Origin: Picochlorum sp. SENEW3
Taxonomy: Eukaryota
NCBI GenBank assembly: GCA_034226945.1
Contig: CP120460.1
Location: forward strand, 682,001-746,000
Length of the DNA stretch: 64,000 nt
Direction of reading: 5' to 3'
Positions 1 to 9,191 of this stretch are shown here, piece by piece (positions within the stretch are counted from its first letter, which is position 1; each line of letters starts with the position of its first letter). The notes beneath the pieces are model-generated. The model was not told the origin of the DNA. It ran no database searches and saw nothing but the letters and a program-made list of their open reading frames with translations. Position numbers and translations under genes: made by a program.

Positions 1-1662
1 CCGTCTGCTTGGGCAGAAAGGGAAGTGAAATATAAACTGGAAAAGAAGGAATGGGAAGAGGAGGTTGAAGATAAAAATGCCAAGATTAGAGCTCTCGAGT
101 CGGAGAATGAAATGCTGCGATCTGAGAAAGGCACTGATGATTTGAATAAAAAGATTGTGGAGTTGGAGTCAGAGATTGTGGTCCTGCGAAACAAATATGA
201 AGATGCGAAAGCATCTCTTCATGACATGCAGGTATCTTCTCTTGTAAGTGCTGGAGAGTTTAGCATGTCTGGAGTAAAGCCTGTCGCCCATGAAGATGAC
301 GTCCGCTCAATGGTGGATAAGATTGAGAGTGAATCAGAATCCCATGAAGCATCCTCAAGTAGACAAAAAGATACAGTAGATGGACATGCGATGCAGGAAG
401 AATTGGATAAGGTTCAAAGAGAAAAGGAAGAGATTATCAGTAAAATTAGCCAAGCAGAGGAGGCAGACGCTACCAATGTGCTTCTGGCAGAGGCTCAGAT
501 TGCCTTGCTTGAGAGTGGCGTTGACATGGAAGACACTGCTAAAATTGTGGAATTGGAAGAGAAATTACATCAGAAAGATATCAATGCCGAGGAAGTTCAG
601 GAGCAGACACAATCAGTGGTCCCAATGCTACAGAAAGCACTGGCAGCACCATCACCCGGAGTATTGCCATCATTAAAAATTGCCGAGTATGTTGACAGTA
701 CCAATCCACCAGATCCTGCTACTGATTCTGCTAAACCAGAACTCGAGGAGCATGTCAAGGAAAGAATTGCCGATTTGAAACTGCAAATACATGTCGGCAA
801 GGACGAACAAGGCAGTCCTGCAATGCCTGCCAGTGCTGCAGCAGGAATGGCTGCAGTAAATCGCGCACAAACTGCCGATATTCAGCAACTCAAGTCCCAG
901 TTACAAGAAGCTGCGGAACGCGAAGAAGAATTGCAGCGCAGAATAGAACAAATCAAGGTGAGGCCAGTGAATCTCCGTCTCTCCCAAGCAAGCACACTCT
1001 CCTCAAGCAGTCCTCACACGGCCAAACTTGTATCTGAACGGAAAGATGCTGATAAAGCATGGGAAGAGCACCAGAAAAAATCTGATGTCACATCACTTCT
1101 CCGTGAAAAAGCAGAGCTGGAGGCCAAACATGACATGGCAAAGTCTCAAGTGTCAAAGCTGAAGGATGCATTGGAGGCGGCAAACCAAGAGAAACAGGCC
1201 CTTCAGAAAGCAGTCAAGCATGCCTTGGCAACAGGTGACATGGCTACTCTATCAACAGCGCAAGAGAACTATGCAAAGAAGAAAAAGGCTACCTCTCCCT
1301 TGAAAAAGCTCAGAGGCCGTGGGATATTCTCCCGCAAATCAGGAAGCAGACCAAGCTCTGCCCAGGATGAAGCCCCACCCACAGAAGCAGAAAATCTTCG
1401 CCTTAGACCTGTGCCAGCACCCACAGATCTTCCCTCACCGAGCGATTCAATGCTGGACCATGAAGACCCTGCCATCACCAAGCACATACATGCCTTGGAG
1501 GAGGAGAATGAAATGCTCATGGATCAACTCGTGACAACAAAAGTACGCCTCGCAGAAGTCGAAGGCGACTGTCTAGAAAGCAGACGTGCACTCCTCCGTG
1601 CCAAGGAGAAGCAAATGGATCTTGCACGCCAGCTCCATGACAAACGCGTTTCACATTCGTGA
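1..1662 (+). CDS. 3' part of a long coiled-coil protein (5' end outside window); possibly the tail of a TBC/RabGAP-type protein
   Basis: Frame is open from base 1 to the TGA ending at 1662; E/K/Q-rich heptads. The C-terminal 'LEEENEMLMDQLVTTKVRLAE' resembles RabGAP coiled-coil tails (weak). Confidence 0.6.
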   Translation, partial: PSAWAEREVKYKLEKKEWEEEVEDKNAKIRALESENEMLRSEKGTDDLNKKIVELESEIVVLRNKYEDAKASLHDMQVSSLVSAGEFSMSGVKPVAHEDDVRSMVDKIESESESHEASSSRQKDTVDGHAMQEELDKVQREKEEIISKISQAEEADATNVLLAEAQIALLESGVDMEDTAKIVELEEKLHQKDINAEEVQEQTQSVVPMLQKALAAPSPGVLPSLKIAEYVDSTNPPDPATDSAKPELEEHVKERIADLKLQIHVGKDEQGSPAMPASAAAGMAAVNRAQTADIQQLKSQLQEAAEREEELQRRIEQIKVRPVNLRLSQASTLSSSSPHTAKLVSERKDADKAWEEHQKKSDVTSLLREKAELEAKHDMAKSQVSKLKDALEAANQEKQALQKAVKHALATGDMATLSTAQENYAKKKKATSPLKKLRGRGIFSRKSGSRPSSAQDEAPPTEAENLRLRPVPAPTDLPSPSDSMLDHEDPAITKHIHALEEENEMLMDQLVTTKVRLAEVEGDCLESRRALLRAKEKQMDLARQLHDKRVSHS

Positions 1663-1681
1663 TTGATTTCATGTTACACAT

Positions 1682-2133
1682 TCAACTACTATGATACGAC
1701 ACCATTGCCCCCACCCACACCACAGTCAAGAACACCATCATAACAATGGTCAGTACAACAGGAAGCACTCTATTATCATATGGCCCATCCATCTTTTGGG
1801 TCAACATATCCCCACGCTTTTTAAAATTATATGCTGCATACACTGCCATGGCAATGGAGATGCCCATCATCAACAACGCCAGAATACGAACCGATATCGC
1901 CCGTTTCAAATACTCTGCCCCCCATTTCTTATGAGCATGCCCAGATACTCCCAGTAACGCCGCTGCTATGGACCCAGTGGTCACAGACATGTTCATCCAA
2001 TGAAGAAATGTCCTCTCATTTGCTGCATGGGTTTCGAATCAATTAATCCGTCTTGGTCATGAAAGAGTAGTATTTATTGCTTAAAAAACATACCGAAAAA
2101 GGCCTTGGCCTCTGTCCTCCTGAGGGTGGACAT
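1682..2133 (-). CDS. VTC1: VTC1-like small membrane subunit of the vacuolar polyphosphate polymerase (DUF202)
   Basis: Exons 2133-2094 and 2022-1682, 71-nt GTATGT...TGCAG intron. Spliced protein begins MSTLRRTEAKAFFANERTFLHWMNMSVT (FFANERTFLxW DUF202 signature) followed by 3 TM helices. Confidence 0.85.
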
Positions 2134-2317
2134 GCTTGTAGAACGAAACCAAGAAAATCAATTCCGAACAATAACAAATAGTATGCCTCTTTTGTGACAC
2201 TCTGTTGGGTTTCAATGTAAATAAGAATGCTTTGATGATGAACCAATTTCACAGTATGCGACACTGCCTTGTACAAGGGCAGGGGGCATCTGGACCTGAA
2301 AGATTCTTTTGTACCAC

Positions 2318-2352
2318 ACCATCCCATCAAAATAGACCATTGATGGGATGGT
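2318..2352. promoter_or_regulatory. Perfect 13-bp inverted repeat in the VTC1/VTC divergent spacer
   Basis: ACCATCCCATCAA (2318-2330), 9-nt loop, TTGATGGGATGGT (2340-2352). Regulatory role is inferred only. Confidence 0.5.
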
Positions 2353-2533
2353 TCTGTACCTTGATTCTGAAAGATGCTACGGAATCTCGAAAACAGGGTT
2401 TGAAAGTGAGACAGGGTTTGGCGGAACAAAGGTTGTCAATTACCAATTGTTTGGTTACTTTTGTCATCGGACCAAGGACCTTTTGACTGCCACTGTGTAT
2501 TGAACGGAATTGCAGTTGAATGGACGGGGCAGC

Positions 2534-4714
2534 ATGAAATTTGGGAAATATCTGACAGAAAAGGAGAGACCGGAATGGTCAGGGAAATATGTTGATTATG
2601 GAGCGTTGAAGGATTTAATTAAAGATGCGTGCAAGGAAGAGGAGGAGAAGGGGATGCGGGGAGGGTCGTATTCTCCAAGGTTGACGTCCTTGACTGTGCT
2701 CAGAAGTGAGAATAAAAGGGATACGGCTGAGGAGAAGTTCTTCCAGAAGTTAGAGGAAGAGGTTGATAAGATTGGAAGGTTTACGTTTGATATGGTTGAG
2801 GATTTGAGGGGTCGATTGTACTCTTTGCAGCGGCGCGTGGAGGGAAGGACAAAGGCAGATTTGAACAATCTGTCTCTGTCTGATGAATTGCTCAAGGAGG
2901 CCAAGTCGATTGGGGATGAGTTTTTGCATCTTGAAAAGTATGTGAACCTGAACTATATGGGTTTTCATAAGATTTTGAAGAAGCATGATAAACAATTGCC
3001 TCATTCTCCATGCCGACAGTTTTATATTAGTCATCTGCATAATCAGCCATGGGTGCAAGGATCCTATGCGGATTTGCTGGTGACGTTGGGGAAAGTGTAC
3101 GCTGAGATTCGAGGGGATGTGGTGGAGTCTCAGCCTGTGGACACCTCCTCTGTTGAGGTGAGGAGTAGTACAAAGTATTGGATCAGTATGGCTGATGTAT
3201 CAAAAGTCAAGCATCTCGTGTTGCCTCATTTGCCAGTGTATCAGTTTGATGAGAATGAGTATACAGGAGATTCTCAGCTCGTGAATTCGGTGTATTTGGA
3301 TAACTCGTCGCTGGAAGTGTATCATAGACGGTTGATGGAGAATCCAAAGACGACAGTCGTGAGGTTGAGTTGGTATGGTAGCCAAGAGCCTATGGATGTG
3401 CATGTGCAGCGTAAAGTATTATCTAAAGATGATATTTTGGGGATGGTTGGAACTGATCGGGTGATGCACCCGATGGAGGTGGATGAGTTTATTCTTCCCC
3501 CGGATATGATTGTGTCCTTTATTGAGGGTGAATTAGAAGTGAAGGATGCGGTGGAGTATTGGAAGAAGAAGAAGCTGTATTCAGACAAGAATGTAGAGTC
3601 GAAATCGGCATTGTTTGAAGAGATTAAGAAGACTGTGGATTCGAAACAGCTCAAACCTGTTCTGAGGAGCCAGTATATGAGGACGTACTTTCAGATTCCG
3701 TTTGATCCTACTGTGCAGATTAAATTGGATACGAATATTACGTTGATGAAGGAAAATCCAGAGGATGGACAGAATTGCATCAGCGCAGGAAGATGGTTTA
3801 GAGATCCCTCATTGCCTGTTCATAGGACAGAGGTTACTCGATTTCCTCATGCTGTGTTGGATCTTCGGCTTGCCTTGGCAAAAGGGCAAGAGACGCCGTC
3901 TTGGGTTCAAGATCTTGTCATGTCAGGAATGTTGGATGAGGTTAATGGATTTAGTAAACATTTGCATGGTATCACGACGTTGTTCCCAGATGTTGTGCAA
4001 TCAGTTCCGTATTGGGTGGACAGGGAGAGTGTGAGGGCATCCATGCTGAGCTCAGCTCCCGATAGTTCGCAAGATATGGCGCCAAGTGCTCGTGATGTAT
4101 TTGCTAAGAAGGAAAAGCCACGTCGAGGGACCGGAGAATCTGGTCTTCGGGAGCCATTGCTGGACGATGAGGATAGAGAGGAAGAACCTCGGCGCGAGCA
4201 GAAGCGATACAAGACTCCAGCCTTCATTGATTGGTGGTTTAGTAAACCTCCAATGCAAAACAGGCCAAAGATTCCAGGCCATGTGGAGAATAAGATGGAA
4301 CCAAAGACGTATTTTGCAAATGAAAGAACCTTTTTGTCCTGGCTCCATATGGCATTGACCATGGGATCTATTGCAACAGCAATGATTGGAATTTCAACCG
4401 ATGATGCAAAATCGTCTTCAATGTTGATTGCGATGATACTTCTTCCTGCAGCTATACTGATGTGCTTTTATTCAGTCATCGTGTACTACTGGCGTTCATC
4501 AGCAATTCTGCACCAGAAAGAGTTGTACTATGATGACAGAAGGGGCCCTTTGGCTCTCACGTGTGTCATTGTTTCATGTCTTACAGGAATCCTGCTCTTA
4601 GGATTGTACGAATTGTTCGAAGAGTTGAAGAATACTAACCAGGCAGAGAGAAATGGAAGTCCACATGAGTGGTTCCGAACCACCTTGTTTTATAAATTCT
4701 TCTTCTCCGAGTGA
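2534..4714 (+). CDS. SPX + VTC + DUF202 vacuolar transporter chaperone (Vtc4/Vtc2/3 family)
   Basis: MKFGK SPX start (ATG 2534); YVNLNYMGFHKILKKHDK; VTC core (TKYW, SVYLDN, RFPHAVL, FSKHLHG); C-terminal EPKTYFANERTFLSW plus 3 TM. Confidence 0.92.
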   Translation: MKFGKYLTEKERPEWSGKYVDYGALKDLIKDACKEEEEKGMRGGSYSPRLTSLTVLRSENKRDTAEEKFFQKLEEEVDKIGRFTFDMVEDLRGRLYSLQRRVEGRTKADLNNLSLSDELLKEAKSIGDEFLHLEKYVNLNYMGFHKILKKHDKQLPHSPCRQFYISHLHNQPWVQGSYADLLVTLGKVYAEIRGDVVESQPVDTSSVEVRSSTKYWISMADVSKVKHLVLPHLPVYQFDENEYTGDSQLVNSVYLDNSSLEVYHRRLMENPKTTVVRLSWYGSQEPMDVHVQRKVLSKDDILGMVGTDRVMHPMEVDEFILPPDMIVSFIEGELEVKDAVEYWKKKKLYSDKNVESKSALFEEIKKTVDSKQLKPVLRSQYMRTYFQIPFDPTVQIKLDTNITLMKENPEDGQNCISAGRWFRDPSLPVHRTEVTRFPHAVLDLRLALAKGQETPSWVQDLVMSGMLDEVNGFSKHLHGITTLFPDVVQSVPYWVDRESVRASMLSSAPDSSQDMAPSARDVFAKKEKPRRGTGESGLREPLLDDEDREEEPRREQKRYKTPAFIDWWFSKPPMQNRPKIPGHVENKMEPKTYFANERTFLSWLHMALTMGSIATAMIGISTDDAKSSSMLIAMILLPAAILMCFYSVIVYYWRSSAILHQKELYYDDRRGPLALTCVIVSCLTGILLLGLYELFEELKNTNQAERNGSPHEWFRTTLFYKFFFSE

Positions 4715-4744
4715 TTTCGATGTCTATCGTAACGATTGTAGATG

Positions 4745-7700
4745 TTATCTGTGTAATACAGCAGAAAAGTCTTTCATTGATACGTGATCGCACCGATGTG
4801 GGCCTGATGTTCGCAGTGCATGCATGGCAGCCTTTTGGCAAAGAGATGCAATGTCAGCACCACTGTACCCATGAGTCTTCTCGACAAGGAGCTCGAGAGT
4901 CACCGTCTCATCGATTGGAATATGTCTCAAATGAATTTGGAAAATTTCTCGTCTATCCTGGTCAGATGGAAGGGACACATGCAGCACTCTGTCAAACCGG
5001 CCTGGTCTTAAGAGTGCTTTGTCAAGCCTGTCCATTCTATTTGTCGCACCAATGATGACAACCTTATCATCTTTGCCTTTGATGCCATCCATTTCTTGTA
5101 ACATCTGACTCAAAACGCGTTCGCTTACATCGACCCCATTGGAGGCCTGTTTTACTCTGGATCCCACGAGTCCATCAATCTCATCAAAAAATAGAATTGA
5201 TGGACTTGCTTTTCGGGCCTTTTCGAAAATATGAGCAATTGCTTTTTCACTCTCACCAACGTATTTTGACATAAGTTCGGGGCCTTTGACACTAAAGAAA
5301 TTCAGACGGCATTCCCCTGCAATCGCTTTGACCAGAAGTGTCTTGCTGCACCCAGGAGGCCCACACAAGAGAACACCCTTTGGGGGTACAGCGCCCATTC
5401 TATCGAGAGACTTTTCAAATTTGATGGGCCATTCAACGACTTCCTTTAATTTTTGTTTCAATTCCGAGTGCCCTCCAACATCTGCAAGGGTCATACTGGG
5501 AATATCTGAAGAAAACTCTCTGAGGGCGCTGGGCTTTGTGTGGTACAATGCTGTTTCCAAATCCGGCAAGGTCACCACTAACTCATCCCCATTCTTCACA
5601 TATCTCCTCAGCGCAATCATAGATGCTTCTGAGCATAAAGACAATAGATCAGCTCCAACAAATCCATGTGCCCTCGAAGCCAATGACAACATCTTGTCTG
5701 CATCCACCCGAGTGTTGACATTGGACAAGAGGGTTGATAGAATCTGCAAACGAGCACGAGGACTAGGAACACTGATCTCAAGCTCTTTTTCTAATCTACT
5801 CGGCCGTCTTAGACTCTCATCAAGCGAATCTATCCTATTTGTCGCGCCAATGACCATCACAGGGTGCCCATGAATGGAGTCCAACGCTCCAGCCAGGGTT
5901 GCCACGAGACGAGTTGCTGTGTTCGACAACCCAATCGAAGTCTCCCTCGAAGGACCAAGCGTATCAATCTCATCTATGAAAATAATCTACACGAGCATCA
6001 TGATCTACGTCAGCATACGCATCATAGCAACTACAGGAAACAACAGCAACCTACCGATGGTGCCAGCACCACTGCAGCATGAAATATGGCAGACAGACAC
6101 CTTTCAGACTCTCCTAAAAACTCGCTCATCAGCTCCGACCCATTTATAATAAATAATTTAGCACCAGAGTCACGCGCAATCCACCGAGCTAACAGCGTCT
6201 TTCCTGTTCCAGGAGGACCATGCAGCAGAACCCCAGTTGGAGGATGGGCTCCTTGCAAGCAGAATTCTTGGTACTTTTTCAGCGGAAAAGACACCCAGTT
6301 CCTCAAAACATCCACATATTCATCGAGACCTGTTATATCATTTGAACCTTGCAGACTTTCAAGACTTGTATATCCTGCGTACGCTGATTTGAACACAGTC
6401 TGTGAAACATTATTGTCATCATGAGCATGCGTCTCTGAGATGGCGTCCACAGCATCTTGTGCATACCCTACATCATCGCTGCTGCTTTTGTTCGGGGCTG
6501 CATTCTCGTCTGACTCGACCTGTATCGTCAGAGCATCACTTGAAGCATCAAACCGATACACGATGGCGCACTCATCTCCTGCACTGTCGGCACGAGATGA
6601 CAAGTCTATCCGAGCAGACAGTGGCACATCCAAGAAGCGAAAGGAATAACAATTTCCCGTCATAATATACCCAACCGTGGACAGATGCCGCACAATCACA
6701 GATCGTACCATCATATCCATCACCTTGCCTCTTTTTATCAGTGCATTATAGGTCTGCTGGCTGGATGCTGAAAGGTTGTTACCCGTACTGGTTTCATGTG
6801 ATGGAGATGCCACCACCATCTGCTCCTGGGTAGTAGAAGTGGATTTCTTCTCCTGAGGAGTAGTACTATCAAGCGTCCTTCTCATACTGGGAGACATGTG
6901 CACAAACTGTAGTGATTTCGTATTCTTTTTCGTATTCTTCTTCTTCTTGGCTCCTGTTTTTGTCGCCTCAAGCATTGGCGTCTTGTCGCCCACAAAGACG
7001 CTGCCATTGTCCTCCTTTGTCAGAGGTGTCCCTGTTGATCCTCCATCAGCAGTACCCAATGAACTACCACCACCATCATCATCATTCTCTTGCGATATTC
7101 CCAGACATAAGGATATCGTACACGAATCAAACCTCTTGTCAATCTCCAAAACACCTTGTTGTTGAGGCACTACAAGTGCCACACCACCATCATACACAGC
7201 CCTATGTTGCCCAAACATACCCTTGACCAAGGCACTATTACACACAACCTCCCCTTTCTTCACCTTTGGAGATGGCCATATCGTACAGTACACAAAATAG
7301 TCACCCACAGATTCCTTGTCAACGTCTCTGCCAGAAAAAGAGGGCAAGGAGGAAGAAGCTGATATCTGAGACCTGTGCAATGACTTTAATGGATGCAAAC
7401 ACGCCACACCACCCTCTGTCACCCTTTGTCCCTCTCGTACAACACCAACCTACAATATCCACAATACCCAATTACAATACAGCCATACAACGCAGCAGTT
7501 TCCTCGAATCATCATTATGATACACAACGTACCAAGGCACCTTGACCAGCCCCCCACCCAGCTTCATACATGACGCTCGGCGCAATTTCTACCACGCACT
7601 CGGACACACCCTCCAGACTAGAGCGAGAACGACCACCTGTTCGTTCCTCAACCACAGAAAACTGCCTCACATCTACACCAACAGATAAGACAAATGGTAA

Positions 7701-7764
7701 AGACAACAACAGTGACATGCCAATACTGTTAATACCAACCTGATCTACTCAGCAAGAGATCCAT
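4745..7764 (-). CDS. AFG2/SPATA5/CIP111-type double-AAA ATPase (CDC48 family)
   Basis: D1 GPPGTGKT...IIFIDEID and D2 GPPGCSKT (typical of AFG2/SPATA5)...FFDEID. Introns 6054-5987 and 7532-7450, plus a probable 7739-7673, all preserve the frame; the first exon is less certain. Confidence 0.85.
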
Positions 7765-7998
7765 ACTGTACTAATTTAGTAGTAATTCAAAATGATTATC
7801 TAAATGGCGCATGCATCGACAAAACAGGTTTGCATGACTTTGATTCTCTGCTTTTCAAGGCCACTTTAAAAGACGCAGAATGGCATTCATTTTCCCTAAA
7901 CTCTACCAATTTTACAAATACAATTATTATTAATTATAAAAACATGGATATTCAGGAGCGAGAGACGGTTTCAGCCGAGATACTCATGATGATGCCAT

Positions 7999-8922
7999 TT
8001 ACGAAATATCAAACAGTCTTTCTGTTACTGCCAGGCCCGAATCTTTCTTCTTCCTCTTCCTCTTCCTTCCTTCTTCTTCTTCCTCTTCTTTAGCTGATGC
8101 GTCCATTACAGGCGTAAGAACAACATTCTTCCGTCCGCGCAGAAACGACTGACGCCTCTTCTCAACCAATCTCAGTGGAGTTGTCGAAAGACAATCATAC
8201 GCCTGCTCCTCTGTCAGACCCAGAAACACAACAAGCAGATTCGCAACATCATACGGTCCTCGCATCTCATACACAGACCCACACCCACTCGAACATACTA
8301 TATTCTTCCCTCGAGTTGCTCTTGCCAGCACCCGCGCATTGGATATGAATTGCAACCGTTGCTGCTGTAGAAACCCACTGTATGGAATTTCAAATGCCAC
8401 TCCCCTATCCACTGCTTGCTGAATCAACTGACGTCGCATCACCATCCCATTGCTATTTGAAGACATGAGCTGCATTGATATGATATCCACGTCCATGGTC
8501 GTACACGCATACTGGAATGTTTTATCTGATGTTGGCCGCACAGCAACAAGGCCATAGTCTTCCATCAGGCTACCATATACATGCCCAGTCAACGACCGAG
8601 CAATCTCATCTACCTGACTAGACAACTGAAGGGTTATTCGTCGTATAGATGTCGATGCCACCGCCGGGTCATCCACCTCTATTGCTTGTGTTGTCTTGAC
8701 CCTCTTTTTCTGTTTCTTCTGTCTGTTCTCCACATACGACTCGATCGTTTCGTATACTGATACCGATGCGAATGAAAATGATAGTTTTTTTGCTACCGTT
8801 GCTCGTTCTTTGATTGTTAAGGCGTCTATGGTTGTGTCATTGAGACATGCATCTACCCACTGTCGATTCTTGGATTTCCTTGTCACCCGTCTTTTTTTCT
8901 TTTTTGACGCTTTCGATGACAT
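7999..8922 (-). CDS. RPP30: RNase P/MRP subunit p30
   Basis: AFEIPYS...FISNA...TRGKNIVCSSG...EMRGPYDVANL motifs; basic NLS-like termini. Confidence 0.85.
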   Translation of the reverse strand: MSSKASKKKKRRVTRKSKNRQWVDACLNDTTIDALTIKERATVAKKLSFSFASVSVYETIESYVENRQKKQKKRVKTTQAIEVDDPAVASTSIRRITLQLSSQVDEIARSLTGHVYGSLMEDYGLVAVRPTSDKTFQYACTTMDVDIISMQLMSSNSNGMVMRRQLIQQAVDRGVAFEIPYSGFLQQQRLQFISNARVLARATRGKNIVCSSGCGSVYEMRGPYDVANLLVVFLGLTEEQAYDCLSTTPLRLVEKRRQSFLRGRKNVVLTPVMDASAKEEEEEEGRKRKRKKKDSGLAVTERLFDIS

Positions 8923-9191
8923 TTTTGCATATAGAAGAAGTGGTTATGTAATGAAAATATATGCTATATCGACATGATGTGTTCAAATCTGCGACGAGCA
9001 TTCTTTTTTTATTATTACTAAAAGTCCTTTTTTAGAAACATCCAAACCAAAAAAAGTAGTCCTCCAAGAAAGACACCTGGTATTCCCACATGCAGTTCAT
9101 TATTCCTAATGAAGAAATCATGAAAATGAAGAACTGTGTATACGAAGAGTCGTCATGCTGGGCTCTTTGTTGAGGATTTGAATGACATGCC

